This document shows positions 16,603 through 27,250 of a stretch of 38,326 nucleotides of DNA, one piece after another. The translations under genes and the position numbers were made by a program. The notes beneath the pieces were generated by a model. That model was not told where the DNA came from, searched no databases, and was given only the letters and a program-made list of their open reading frames with translations. Numbering within the stretch: position 1 is the stretch's first letter; each line of letters starts with the position of its first letter. Source of the DNA: Myxococcota bacterium (GTDB taxonomy: Bacteria > Myxococcota_A > Bradymonadia > UBA7976 > UBA1532); NCBI GenBank assembly GCA_018813065.1, contig JAHJCH010000114.1:1-38326 (forward strand), read 5' to 3'.

Positions 16603-19600
16603 GTGATAGATCAGATCCCCCTTCTTGGGCTCACGCTCTTATTGGCCGCGCCCCCCCCCGCGCCCATCCCTCGCCCCGGCGCGGGTGAGTCGGAGGCGGT
16701 CATCGAGGTTCAAGGCTTTGGCCGCTACGCCATTCAAGCGCAGAGCCCACGCGGCGCCACTGTGCGGCTCCTTGATCGCATGACCGGCCTCAGCGCGCCC
16801 GCCGGTGAGGTGGGCCGCGTCGATGGTCGCCTCGATGTCTTCCTTGAGCGCGGCGAATATAAGATCGTCACCCAAGGGCCGGCGGATGAGCAGGGCCAGA
16901 CCCTCTTGCACGTCCGGCCCTTCTCCGAGCGCGGCGCCGATCAAGCCCTCGTGGAAGGCCAACCCCTCACCACCGCTTTGGATGATCTTGAGTCGCTGAG
17001 CTATTGGCTGGAGCTGCCCCTCCCCAAGCGCGTCACCCTGGAGGCCGCCGGGCGAAACCTGGAGACCCTGCGCTTGTGGCGCGATGGGGCTTGGCTCGAT
17101 CCCAACACCCCTCAGTGCGCGGTGATCTCCCCCACCCCCACACAGCCCCTCAAGCGCTGCCGCTTCTCCGCGCAGCTGCCCGCCGGGCTCTATCGCCTCA
17201 GCCTCTACGGCGGCCCCAGCCAGCCCTGGACCACCGCCAGCGACGCCCACCCGCTGCACCTGCGCTGGGGCATCCCGCGCCTGGGCGCAGAGGGCTACAG
17301 CGCCCAGGTCATCAGCGCCTTCGGCGAGGACCTCTTCATCGCCCCCTCCGGCGCTGATCGCTTTGAGCTGTGGCTGAGCCAACCCGCGCCCATCGCCTTT
17401 AAGGTTGAGCGCCTCTGGAATCAGCCCTTCGGCGATCCCGAGCGGGCGCTCAGCGCCCTGAGCCCCCAGGCGCGCGTGCCGACGTTGAGCCTCTATGAGG
17501 GCAGCGACGCCGAGCGCTTGGTCACGGTGCAAGGTCAGCCCGGTCAGGGCTATCGCCTCTGGCGTTATGAGGAGGCCTATACACAAGGCGCCCTCAGCCG
17601 CGACGGCGATTTCTTCTTCTCGTTGATCCCCGCCGCGCCCCTCGCCGACGTCATCGACGTCACCTTGCTCCTCTGGCAGCAGACCGAGGCGGGCGCCAAG
17701 GAGATCGCCGCGCAGCTCATCGAGATCGGGCCAGGTCGCGCTTATCAGGGCCGCTTTAACGTCGAGGGCGAGGTCAGCTTGCTCATCGATGTGTTGGCGC
17801 GTGGCAGCTACCCCTTCTATGCGGAGGGCGCGCGCTTTCAGCTCAAGCCGCTGGTGATGGATGAAGAGGCGCCGTTTGAGCTGGCGCCCTTCGCCGAGAA
17901 GCGCCTGGAGGAGCTGGAGGCGGGCCGCTACGTCTTGACCCTCAAGAGCGACGCGCCGCAGGCGGTGGCGCTGCGGATCGGCCTGGGCGCGCCGACCCCG
18001 ACCCGAGGCGTGGCCCAGATCCCCCAGCTCCACCTGGAGGGGGGCACGAGCCTCTACTTCCGCGCCGGCGAGACGGGCGCCCGCTTCGCCAAGCACCTGC
18101 GGCGGCTGCCCCTCGATCTGGAGTCGGCGCTGCCCTTGGTGCTCTTGCCCGGCGAGACGATCGAGCTGCCCATCGCCCCCAAGGTGGCGGGCGTCATCAA
18201 CGCCTTGGCCGTTGAGGGCGCGGCCCAGCTCTCCCTCGACGGCGGGCCTTGGCGCGCCGAGGTGACCGCCGCCCCCGGCGCGGCGCGGCTGCGCGTCCGC
18301 AGCGCTGCGCCCACCTCCGCCCTCTTCAGCCTCGCCCTTACCCCCGCGCTTCAAGCCCTCAAGGCCCCCACCACGCGCCCTGAGCCCCTGGTGGGGATCA
18401 AGCTGGGCGCGCCGCTGGCCTTCGCCGTGACGCCCAACACGCCCTACACCCGCAAGGTGGAGATCGACGCGCCGGGCTTCTACATCGTCGAGAGCGCGGG
18501 GCTGCTGAGCGTCCGTGGGCAGCTGCGCACCCGCACCCGCCCTGAGCTGGCCACCAACACCGGCGGCGGCCCGGGCGGCAACGCCTGGCTCTCCGCCTTC
18601 CTGCGCCCCGGCGACTACGCCGTGACCTACACCCCCCAAGGCCGCTCCGCCGGTGACATGAGCGCCCGCGTGCGCGCCGCCACGCTCATCGAGGCGGGCG
18701 CCTTGGTCGATGGTCGCCCCGCCCGCGTGGAGATCCCCGCCGACGCCGTGGCCCGCTTCACCTTTGAGATCCCGACGGCGGGGCGCTGGCGCGTGGAGGC
18801 CTTTGGCCTGGGGCAGACCCTCCTCTGCCGCGTCGAGGACGAGGCGGGCTGGCCCATCGGCGCCGTCGATGGCCCCTGTGATCGCGCCCTCGATCTCAAG
18901 GCGGGCCGCTACGCCCTGCTCTTGCCCGCCAAGCGCGTGGAGATCACCGCCCAAGCGCGCATCAGCCGCGTCCTCGACGCGCTGACCGTCAAGGGGCATG
19001 GGCCGCACGCCGTGGCCTTGGGCGCCTCCGTTGAGGCCCTCTGGCGTGAGTCGCCGCAGCGCGAGCCGGATGTGTGGACCTTTAGCCTCCCCGCGCCGGA
19101 TGAGATCACCCTCAGCCTCGGCGACGCCATGATGGGCCAGCTCCTCGACGCCCAAGGCGCCCTCATCGCGCCCATCCACCCCGGCCAAGCCCTCAAGCGC
19201 GCGCTGCCGATGGGGGATTACCGCCTTGAGATCCGCGCCCGTCGCCGCGATGACTTCCGCGCCTATACGCTCGATTTACGCAGCGAGGCGCTCTTAGCGG
19301 GGCAGACGCGCGAGGTGGAGGTGCTCAAGTCCAAAACGCTCAGCGTCTCCATCGGCGAGGCCGGGCGCTATGTCTTCTCCTCCTTCGGCCAAGCGGATCT
19401 GATGGCCCACCTCTACGACGCCCAGGGCGCGCTGATCGCGCATAACGATGATCGCCCGCTGGACTGGAACTTCCGCCTCTCCGCCCAGCTCAACCCTGGG
19501 CGTTATCGCTTGGAGATCGAGGACTTCGAGGAGCGCGAGCCCTGGGCGTGGCGCTGGGAGGCGCCCAAGGAGGCGCGCGTGGAGCTGCGCCGCGTCACCC

Positions 19601-21555
19601 CACGCCCCGGCCCCGCGCTGCCCCCCAACGCGCCCCTCACCGCGCCGATCGCCGATGACGCGTCGAGCCACCTCTTCGCTCTCGATGGCCTGCGCCCCGG
19701 CTTGATCGAGGTGGAGGTGCGCGGCGGCGAGGCGCTGGAGGTGGCCTTGGATGCCCAAGGGCCGCGTGGCTGGGCGGAGATCGCCGCCACGCAGGGGGTC
19801 CACGTGCAGTTTAAGGCGCTGACGACCCCTGGCGCGGCGCATCGCCTGCGCGTCTCCTCGATGGATCTGCGCGGCGCGCCGGCGACGATCTCTTGGCGCG
19901 CGGTCCAGGTCCCCCGCGTCGAGGCGGCCCGCTTGGCGCGGACCCCGACGACGGCGGACGGCGCCTATGTGGTCACGCCGCCGGGCCTGTGGCGGCTCTC
20001 TCGCGCCGATAACGTGCTGGTCTGCGACAGCCTGCCTGGCGCCTGCGCGGCGCCCACCTCCACGCTCATCTACACCCAAGGCGGCGGCCTGTTCTTGCTC
20101 GGCGAGGGCCTCACCGCCGCCCCCGTGGTGCTGGCTGAGGGGGAGGGCCTCAAGGTCAACGCGCCGGGGCCACGGCGCCTGGGGGTGGCCGCCTCTGAGG
20201 GCGCGCCTCGTGTCCTCATCGCCCGCGCCTCGGGGGGCCGCCCGCTCCTGGCCTTTGGTCCTAAGCCGACCATGCCCGGCGCCGTCAGCGCCAACGGCGC
20301 CCTGGCCGTCGATCCTCAAGGGGGCGCCACGGAGGCGATCCTCTGGCCCGCCACCGGCGAGGTGGCCACGGCCACGCTGCGCCTCACGCCCCTGCGCGCC
20401 TTGCCCTCACGCGCCGTGGCCTTGGGCGCGGTGGATCTCAACGTCCCGCCGCGCGCCGCGCTGCGCTTGACGCCCCCGCGAGGGCGGCTGCGCTTTGAGC
20501 TGAGCTTGTCCGAGGGCTTGGCCGCCGAGGCGCTGGCCCTGCACTGGGCCGACGGCGCGGCTTTGCATATCCAAGGCGAGCTTGAGGGCGCGCTGACCCT
20601 CTACAACCCCACCGAGGCCCCAGGCCGTGTTGCTCTGTCGCTACGCGAAGCGCTACGCGGGGAATGCAAGGCGCCCTGCGCCGCGCCCATCGCCGTGGGC
20701 CGCCCGCTGGCGGAGGTGCTCTTGAGCGCCGGGCGCTACGCCGCGTCGATCCCCGCCGCCGAGGCGGGCGTCACCCTCCACGCGCGCGGCGGCGCGGCGC
20801 GCTACCTCCGCCATGATGGCCGCCTCTTCGACGGCGACGCCGCCCCCGTTGGCCCCGGCGGCGTGCTGCTCATCGAGCACGCCCCCGGCTCGATCTTCGC
20901 GTGGATCGAGGCCCAGCCCGGCGCGGGCCCCTGGCCGCAAGCCGAGGCGCCGCCGAGGGCGATCACCAGCCCCACGCGCTTGGAGCTTGAGGACGCCGCG
21001 CGCCTACAGCTCGACGTCGGCGGCCCCGCCCTCCTCCACGTCCGCGCCCATGGCACGCTCGCCGCCCGCGTGCAGACACAGGGCGGGCGCGCTGACACCG
21101 CGCTCGTCAACGGCGCCTTTGATCGCTGGCTGCCGACGGGGCAGGCCGAGATCCACCTCCGCGCCCTGCCGCGCGGCCCCCTCGGCGTGGTGGACATCAG
21201 CCACAGCCCCGCCGTGGCGCTCCAAGAGGGCGTCGGCCCCCAGGCGCTGCTGCGCCCCGGTGAGCGCCGCGCCTACACCCTCAGCCTCAGCAGGCCCCGC
21301 ACCATCGGCTTCGGCCTGCGCGCCGACGCCGATCGCGTCACGCTGGAGATCCGCCGCCCTGACGGGACGCTCATCGCTGAGGGTCTGGCCCAGATGACCG
21401 CGCTGGAGGCCGGGGACTATATCCTGCTCCTCCACCTCCCCCCCGAGGGCAGGCCCACCCGCGTGCGGCCCGTCGTCTTGGGGCTGACGCCCCCCGAGGC
21501 GGTGCCCCCAGACGTGATCGAGTCCTATCAGCAGCAAGCACAAGGAGGTGACTGA
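16603..21555 (+). CDS. Giant secreted protein (1650 aa) built from repeated PPC-like (pre-peptidase C-terminal type) beta-sandwich modules. No catalytic domain recognised.
   Basis: GGAGG RBS 7 nt before a GTG start. Signal peptide MIDQIPLLGLTLLLAAPPPAP. Recurrent module signatures: G(R/D)Y(R/A/V)L..., DLMAHLYDAQGALIAHNDDR and LLDAQGALIAPIHPG...GDYRLEIRA. The stop lies 1 nt before the A2M start. Confidence 0.8.
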   Translation: MIDQIPLLGLTLLLAAPPPAPIPRPGAGESEAVIEVQGFGRYAIQAQSPRGATVRLLDRMTGLSAPAGEVGRVDGRLDVFLERGEYKIVTQGPADEQGQTLLHVRPFSERGADQALVEGQPLTTALDDLESLSYWLELPLPKRVTLEAAGRNLETLRLWRDGAWLDPNTPQCAVISPTPTQPLKRCRFSAQLPAGLYRLSLYGGPSQPWTTASDAHPLHLRWGIPRLGAEGYSAQVISAFGEDLFIAPSGADRFELWLSQPAPIAFKVERLWNQPFGDPERALSALSPQARVPTLSLYEGSDAERLVTVQGQPGQGYRLWRYEEAYTQGALSRDGDFFFSLIPAAPLADVIDVTLLLWQQTEAGAKEIAAQLIEIGPGRAYQGRFNVEGEVSLLIDVLARGSYPFYAEGARFQLKPLVMDEEAPFELAPFAEKRLEELEAGRYVLTLKSDAPQAVALRIGLGAPTPTRGVAQIPQLHLEGGTSLYFRAGETGARFAKHLRRLPLDLESALPLVLLPGETIELPIAPKVAGVINALAVEGAAQLSLDGGPWRAEVTAAPGAARLRVRSAAPTSALFSLALTPALQALKAPTTRPEPLVGIKLGAPLAFAVTPNTPYTRKVEIDAPGFYIVESAGLLSVRGQLRTRTRPELATNTGGGPGGNAWLSAFLRPGDYAVTYTPQGRSAGDMSARVRAATLIEAGALVDGRPARVEIPADAVARFTFEIPTAGRWRVEAFGLGQTLLCRVEDEAGWPIGAVDGPCDRALDLKAGRYALLLPAKRVEITAQARISRVLDALTVKGHGPHAVALGASVEALWRESPQREPDVWTFSLPAPDEITLSLGDAMMGQLLDAQGALIAPIHPGQALKRALPMGDYRLEIRARRRDDFRAYTLDLRSEALLAGQTREVEVLKSKTLSVSIGEAGRYVFSSFGQADLMAHLYDAQGALIAHNDDRPLDWNFRLSAQLNPGRYRLEIEDFEEREPWAWRWEAPKEARVELRRVTPRPGPALPPNAPLTAPIADDASSHLFALDGLRPGLIEVEVRGGEALEVALDAQGPRGWAEIAATQGVHVQFKALTTPGAAHRLRVSSMDLRGAPATISWRAVQVPRVEAARLARTPTTADGAYVVTPPGLWRLSRADNVLVCDSLPGACAAPTSTLIYTQGGGLFLLGEGLTAAPVVLAEGEGLKVNAPGPRRLGVAASEGAPRVLIARASGGRPLLAFGPKPTMPGAVSANGALAVDPQGGATEAILWPATGEVATATLRLTPLRALPSRAVALGAVDLNVPPRAALRLTPPRGRLRFELSLSEGLAAEALALHWADGAALHIQGELEGALTLYNPTEAPGRVALSLREALRGECKAPCAAPIAVGRPLAEVLLSAGRYAASIPAAEAGVTLHARGGAARYLRHDGRLFDGDAAPVGPGGVLLIEHAPGSIFAWIEAQPGAGPWPQAEAPPRAITSPTRLELEDAARLQLDVGGPALLHVRAHGTLAARVQTQGGRADTALVNGAFDRWLPTGQAEIHLRALPRGPLGVVDISHSPAVALQEGVGPQALLRPGERRAYTLSLSRPRTIGFGLRADADRVTLEIRRPDGTLIAEGLAQMTALEAGDYILLLHLPPEGRPTRVRPVVLGLTPPEAVPPDVIESYQQQAQGGD

Positions 21556-21556
21556 G

Positions 21557-24500
21557 ATGAAGCGGTTGACGCTCATCGCGGCCCTGCTGGCCACCGCCGC
21601 CTTCGCCGGAGAGGCCCTCTTTGACGCCCTCGCCCAGCGCCCCGCTGGCGAGGGCGCCCAGATTATCCCCGACGGCCACCTGCGCCGCTGGGATCCGATC
21701 ACCGTCTTCTTCACGCAGCCTCAGGTCAAGGCGGCGGGCGCCGAGGCGAGGCCCGAGCGCTTTATGCGCCTGCGCCCCGCCCAGCCCGGCGCCTATGAGT
21801 GGCTCGACACCAAGACGCTTCAGTTTCGCCCCGCCGCGCCTTGGACCCCCCTCACCCTCGTCGAGGTGGAGGCGGGCGGGGCCACGGCGCGCTTGAGCAG
21901 CCTCCTCCAGCCCCCCATCGAGGCCAGCCCCTCAGAGGGCGAGGTCTCCAGAAAACCGGCCTCGCGGATCACGCTGACCTTCCGCGGCGACACCGCGCCG
22001 ATGACGCCCGAGGCCCTCGCCAGCGTCGTGCGCGTCGAGGTCGAGGCCCTGGCCTCGGATGATCGCCGCGCGCTGACGGCTGAGGACTTCACCATCAAGC
22101 GCCTACAGCGCGCCAGCGCCGAGGAGCCGCTGAAGTACACGCTGCTCTTTAAGTCGCCCATCCCCCTGGGGCGACGGGTGACGCTGCGGCTGGGCCTCTC
22201 CCTGGAGGCGCGCCGTGAGGCGGCCTATCAGCTGCGCTTTGAGACGGCCGCGCCCTTTGAGATTGAGCAGCTCGCCTGCGAGCACGGCGAGCGGATCGCC
22301 ATCGCCGCTGGCGCCACGCTCTCCAAGAGCCGCCCCATCACCTGCGACACCGGCGCGCTGAGCGTGCGCTTCACCGCCCAGCTCAAGGACAACGTCGATC
22401 CGCTGATGGCGCGCAACCTCCTGCGCTTCGATCCCGCCGTGGAGGGCCTGACGTGGTCCTCGGCGGGCGATCGGCTGGAGGCGCGTGGCGCCTTTGAGCG
22501 CGAGCGGCTCTACGCGCTGCGCCTGACCCCCACGCCCCTCACCGACAAGGACAACCGCCCCCTGGAGCTGGCCGCGCCCGTGACCGCTTGGCTGCGCTTC
22601 AAGGCCCCCAACCCCCGCCTCAGCTGGGGCGAGGGCGCGGGGCTCTTGGAGCTGCATGGCCCCAAGCACCTGCCCATCGAAGGCCAAGGCATCGAGCGCG
22701 CCGATCTGCGGATCTACCGCGTCGATCCCCTCAGCCGCGATCTCTGGCCGCTCAACGGCACGCTCAGCGTGGATGAGACGATCCAGCCGCCCACGCCCGG
22801 CTACCGCCCCACGCCTTGGGCGGAGGCGCTGAACATGGACGATGATGATCTGCTGCCGCGCCTGCGCGCCTTGGGCACGCCCAGCCTCTCGACGCTCGTG
22901 GATCTGCCGTTGAAGGCCGAGGCGGGTCACGCGGGCTTGGACCTGGCGGCGCATCTCCAGAAGATCGAGGGGCGCGTCGCGCCGGGGCACTACCTCGTGG
23001 GCCTGCGCCGCCTCGATCAGCCCACGCGCGAGTGGCGCCGCGTTCAGATCACCGATCTCTCCTTAGCCACGGTCGAGGGCCGCCAGGGCGTGCGCTTCGT
23101 CGTCACGCGCCTCGCCGACAGCGCGCCGGTCTCAGGCGCCACCGTGCGGCTCGAAGGCCGCGTTGGCCCCTCGTGGAAGTCGCGCAGCTGGGGGACGATC
23201 TTTGAGGGCCAGACCGACAAGGCGGGGATGCTGGACTGGCCCGCCCCCGGCGACGCGCTCAACGAGGATCGGATCATCGCCCGGATCAGCGTCATCAAGG
23301 GCAAGGACACGCTGGTCCTTAACCCCGCCCGCGCCCCGGCGTACTTCGAGGACGGCCACTGGCGCGGCGTCGGCTGGCGTGGCTGGATGGCCTGGGCCTT
23401 GGAGCGGCGCAATGAGCGCGCCGCGCAGCCTGAGCGCCTCGCCCACGTCTTCACTGAGCGCCCGATCTACCGCCCGGAGCACGAGGTCCACATCGGCGGC
23501 TGGGTGCGCGACCGCTTCAAGGGCGAGTTTACGCCCGTCAGCGGCCCCGCCTACCTGGAGATCATCAACCCCGAGGGCCAATCAGAGCGCCTGGACATCA
23601 CGCTTGGCGAGCAGGGCGAGTTCTACCTCAAGTGGTCGCGGGAGGCCCCTGAGACGGGGCTCTATCGGATCTACCTGCGCGACAAAAATGACCGCTTCCT
23701 GCGCAGCCAATCCTTCCGGATCGAGGCCTACCGCCTGCCGCGCTTCAAGGTGGATCTCGTCGGCCCCAAGACGGTCCCCTCGGATCGCCCCTTTGGCGTG
23801 GACTTAATGGCCTCGTACTTCGCTGGCGGCAAGGTCGTTGGCCGCCCGCTGCGCTGGCGCGTCACCCAGTTCCCCTACCGCTGGACCCCCAAGGCCCGAG
23901 CGGGCTTCCTCTACTCCTCCGATGGTCGCTACAGCCGCGTGCGCCGCTTCGAGGCCAGCCCTGAGCTGACGCAGCAGGAGAAGACCAACGCCGAGGGCGG
24001 CGCCCACCTCGACCTCGATCCCAGCATCGAGCCCAACGCCAGCCCGCGGACCTATGTGGTCGAGGCGACGGTGACGGGCGCGGATGATCAGACCGTCACC
24101 ACCACGCACCGCGTCAACGCCGTGCCTGCCTTCGCCGTGGGCCTCAAGATCGATCGCTTCTTGCCCAAGGCCAAGGCCCTGGAGCCTGAGCTGATCGTCG
24201 CCGACGCCGAGGGCGCGCTGATCGCGGGCCAGCGCCTTGAGGTGCGCCTCCTCCACCGCCAGTGGCACGCCCACCTCCAAGCCAGCGACTTCGCCGACGG
24301 CGAGGCCCGCTACATCACCGAGATCGTCGATGAGGAGGTGCTCAAGCAGGTCGTCCACAGCCAGGGCGAGCCGCTGAAGCTGAGCCTGCCCATCGCGGCG
24401 GCGGGCGTCTACATCATCGAGGCCAGCGCCACGGACAAGCTGGGCCGCGCCCAGGTCGTCGCCGTGGATCTCTACGCGGGCGGCGAGGGCGCCGTGGGCT

Positions 24501-27250
24501 GGCAGAAGCCCGAGGCGGGCGTGTTCACCGTCAGCCCCGATCAGCCTCGCTACGCCCCCGGCGAGCAAGCCCACCTGACGCTGCGCAGCCCCTTCCAAGA
24601 GGCCGAGGCGCTGATCATCGTCGAGGCCCCCGAGGGCAACCAATATCACTGGCGGGCGGTGCGCCAGGGCCAAGCCACCTTTGATCTGCCCATTGATCGC
24701 CGCTGGATGCCCAAGGTGCCTGTCCACGTCATGCTCTCGCGTGGCCGCGTCGCCGCCCCGGATCACCGCTCCAACACCGATCCGGGCCGCCCCAAGACCC
24801 TCGCGGCGACGCGCTGGATCGAGGTCCAGCCGGTGGATCATCAGATCGACATCGAGCTTAAGCACCCCGAGGAGCGGATGCCGGGCCAAGCGATGGATCT
24901 GGAGATCAAGCTCAAGGACCCCAAGGGCGCGCCCCTCAGCGGCGCGGTGACGCTCTGGCTCGTGGACGCGGCGATCCTGACGCTGGCCCAAGAGCAGCGC
25001 CTCGATCCGCTTGATGACTTCATCACCACGCCTCAGAGCGTCGTGCAGATCCGCGACGCGCGTAACCTCGTGCTGGGCCACATCCCCTTCTCGGAGATGC
25101 CCGGCGGCGACGGCGGCATGGACGATGACATGGCCGGCTTTGATCGCCTCACCGTGCGCAAGGACTTTAAGCCCGTGCCCTACTTCGCCCACGCCCTTGA
25201 GGTCGGCGCGGCGGGGCGGACCGTGCAGATCACCCTGCCTGATAACCTCACGCGCTTCGCCATCCGCGCCAAGGCCATCAGCGGCCCGGATCGCTTTGGC
25301 GCGGCCAAGAGCGCCGTGGATGTGCGCCTGCCAGTGCTCGTCCAGCCCGCGTTGCCGCGCTTCGTCCGCCCGGGAGATCAGCTGATCGCCGCCGGGATTG
25401 GGCGCGTGGTCAGCGGCGAGGGCGGGGCGGCGGCGGCCCGCTTAACCGTAGAGGGCGCGGTGGTCCGGGGAGAGACGACCCTGCACCTGACGCTGCCCAA
25501 GGCGGCGCCCGCGCGGCTGGAGTTCCCCTTGGAGGTGCCCGCCGCCGTCGGCGAGGCCATCCAGATCCGCTTGGGGCTGATCCGCGCCGCCGATCAAGCG
25601 GGCGACGCCTTCGAGGTGCGCCTGCCCGTCCGCGAGGATCAACGCTGGCAGACGGCGGGGGCGACGCTGCGGCTCAAGGCCGGCGAGGTCACGCCGGTGC
25701 CGCTGCCCCAGCCCGAGGCCCGCGAGGGGCAGGTTGAGCGGCGGCTGGTCTTCTCCACCCATGAAGAGGTCCTCGCCGCGCTGGCGGGCTTGGCGTCCTT
25801 TGAGCGCGAGCCGGTCTACACCACCGAGCAGATCCTCAGCCGCGCCAGCGCCTACTTGGCCCTCAAGCAGCTCGATGACCTGCTCGATGAGGGCAGCCGG
25901 CTGCGACTGGAGGCGGCCACGGAGGCGGCGCTGCGCTGGCTGCCGCTGGTGACCAATGACGCGGGGCGCGTGGCCCACTGGCCGGGCGGCGGCGGCTCGG
26001 TGACGCTCACCGCGCGGGCGCTGATCTTCATCGTCGAGGCCAAGGCGGCGGGGATCGCCGTCTCCCCCGAGCTGGAGCGGCCGCTGATCCGCGCGCTGCG
26101 CCAGGCGCTTCGCTCGGACTACGGCTTCTTTGTCAAGGGCGCCGACTGGTATGAGCGCGCCCAAGCCCTCGCCGCGCTGGCCGCCGCCGGCCAGCTCCAA
26201 GAGGCCTACTTCTCCGAGCTGGCGGGCAAGGCCCGCTTCGTGGGGCTGGCGGGCCAAGCGGCCTTGATTCACGCCGCCCTGGATGGTGGACGCGCTCAAG
26301 ATCCCCTCGTCGCGCGCCTGGTCAAGCAGCTCCTCGACGGCGTGCAGCTGCGCCGCCATGAGGGACGGATGATCTACGCGGGGCTGGCCAACCTGGGCGC
26401 CTACAGCCCCGAGGTCTTCCACTGTGAGACATTGGCCCTCGCCGAGATGACCCGCGCGCTCCTGCGGCTGGGCGTCGCAGATCCCAAGGTCGAGGCGATG
26501 GTCAACGCGCTGGTGGCCCTGGGCCGCGAGGGGGGCTGGGGCTCCACCGCCAACAACGCCGCCGCGCTCAAGGCCCTCAGCGCCCGCCTCAAGCAGCCCG
26601 GCGGGCTGGTCAAGATCGGCCTCATCGAGCCTGGCTTTAATCGCGAGGTCCAGATCCACGCCGATCAGCCCATTGGCCGCGACGTCAGCCCGCGCGTGAC
26701 GCCGATCAGCCTCCTCAGCTCTGGCGCCGTCAGCGGCCTCGCTCGCCTCCGCTACCGCCCCGCGGGCGCCGCCTCCAGCCTCGCCCCTGAGGCGGCGGGG
26801 CTGATCGTCGAGCGCGAGATCCTCATCCTCCGCGACGGCCAGGAGATCAGCCGCGCGCGGCTCAACACCCCCGATCAGGTCATCGCGCTCAAGCTCGGCG
26901 ACGTGGTGGAGACGCGCGTGCGGGTGATCAACCCCAGCGATCGCCACTTCGTCGGCGTCGAGGCGCCCTTGGCGGCGGGCATGGAGCCCCTCAACCCAGG
27001 GCTGGCCACGGCGCCGCCTGAGGCCAAGCCCAGCCAAGAGGACAGCCTCGGCGCCGATCACCTCGCGCGGCTCGATGATCGGATCTTCTGGGCCTTCGAG
27101 GTCTTGCCCAAGGGCAGCTATGACTTCTTCTTCCGCTCAAGGGCGGCCTTCGAGGGTCGGTTTATCCAGCCCCCCGCCTGGGCGGAGGCGCTCTACACCC
27201 CCGCTGAGCGGGGCCGATCCGCAGGCGCCGTCATCGAGATCCGGCGTTGA
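21557..27250 (+). CDS. Bacterial alpha-2-macroglobulin family protein (about 1897 aa). No CxEQ thioester motif and no lipobox.
   Basis: AGGAGG RBS 8 nt upstream. Signal peptide MKRLTLIAALLATAAFAGE. Size, position immediately upstream of pbpC, and a TED-like alpha-helical region (...FEREPVYTTEQILSRASAYLALKQL...) fit A2M. No C-x-E-Q was found anywhere in the translation. Confidence 0.8.
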   Translation: MKRLTLIAALLATAAFAGEALFDALAQRPAGEGAQIIPDGHLRRWDPITVFFTQPQVKAAGAEARPERFMRLRPAQPGAYEWLDTKTLQFRPAAPWTPLTLVEVEAGGATARLSSLLQPPIEASPSEGEVSRKPASRITLTFRGDTAPMTPEALASVVRVEVEALASDDRRALTAEDFTIKRLQRASAEEPLKYTLLFKSPIPLGRRVTLRLGLSLEARREAAYQLRFETAAPFEIEQLACEHGERIAIAAGATLSKSRPITCDTGALSVRFTAQLKDNVDPLMARNLLRFDPAVEGLTWSSAGDRLEARGAFERERLYALRLTPTPLTDKDNRPLELAAPVTAWLRFKAPNPRLSWGEGAGLLELHGPKHLPIEGQGIERADLRIYRVDPLSRDLWPLNGTLSVDETIQPPTPGYRPTPWAEALNMDDDDLLPRLRALGTPSLSTLVDLPLKAEAGHAGLDLAAHLQKIEGRVAPGHYLVGLRRLDQPTREWRRVQITDLSLATVEGRQGVRFVVTRLADSAPVSGATVRLEGRVGPSWKSRSWGTIFEGQTDKAGMLDWPAPGDALNEDRIIARISVIKGKDTLVLNPARAPAYFEDGHWRGVGWRGWMAWALERRNERAAQPERLAHVFTERPIYRPEHEVHIGGWVRDRFKGEFTPVSGPAYLEIINPEGQSERLDITLGEQGEFYLKWSREAPETGLYRIYLRDKNDRFLRSQSFRIEAYRLPRFKVDLVGPKTVPSDRPFGVDLMASYFAGGKVVGRPLRWRVTQFPYRWTPKARAGFLYSSDGRYSRVRRFEASPELTQQEKTNAEGGAHLDLDPSIEPNASPRTYVVEATVTGADDQTVTTTHRVNAVPAFAVGLKIDRFLPKAKALEPELIVADAEGALIAGQRLEVRLLHRQWHAHLQASDFADGEARYITEIVDEEVLKQVVHSQGEPLKLSLPIAAAGVYIIEASATDKLGRAQVVAVDLYAGGEGAVGWQKPEAGVFTVSPDQPRYAPGEQAHLTLRSPFQEAEALIIVEAPEGNQYHWRAVRQGQATFDLPIDRRWMPKVPVHVMLSRGRVAAPDHRSNTDPGRPKTLAATRWIEVQPVDHQIDIELKHPEERMPGQAMDLEIKLKDPKGAPLSGAVTLWLVDAAILTLAQEQRLDPLDDFITTPQSVVQIRDARNLVLGHIPFSEMPGGDGGMDDDMAGFDRLTVRKDFKPVPYFAHALEVGAAGRTVQITLPDNLTRFAIRAKAISGPDRFGAAKSAVDVRLPVLVQPALPRFVRPGDQLIAAGIGRVVSGEGGAAAARLTVEGAVVRGETTLHLTLPKAAPARLEFPLEVPAAVGEAIQIRLGLIRAADQAGDAFEVRLPVREDQRWQTAGATLRLKAGEVTPVPLPQPEAREGQVERRLVFSTHEEVLAALAGLASFEREPVYTTEQILSRASAYLALKQLDDLLDEGSRLRLEAATEAALRWLPLVTNDAGRVAHWPGGGGSVTLTARALIFIVEAKAAGIAVSPELERPLIRALRQALRSDYGFFVKGADWYERAQALAALAAAGQLQEAYFSELAGKARFVGLAGQAALIHAALDGGRAQDPLVARLVKQLLDGVQLRRHEGRMIYAGLANLGAYSPEVFHCETLALAEMTRALLRLGVADPKVEAMVNALVALGREGGWGSTANNAAALKALSARLKQPGGLVKIGLIEPGFNREVQIHADQPIGRDVSPRVTPISLLSSGAVSGLARLRYRPAGAASSLAPEAAGLIVEREILILRDGQEISRARLNTPDQVIALKLGDVVETRVRVINPSDRHFVGVEAPLAAGMEPLNPGLATAPPEAKPSQEDSLGADHLARLDDRIFWAFEVLPKGSYDFFFRSRAAFEGRFIQPPAWAEALYTPAERGRSAGAVIEIRR

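Noticed and set aside
16639-19188. 849-aa antisense ORF
   Set aside because: Antisense ORFs opposite the giant protein and A2M genes (16639..19188, 19294..20319, 22103..22990, 23804..25192 and 25442..27061). G/A/R-rich low-complexity translations with no motifs. These are artefacts of about 70% GC.
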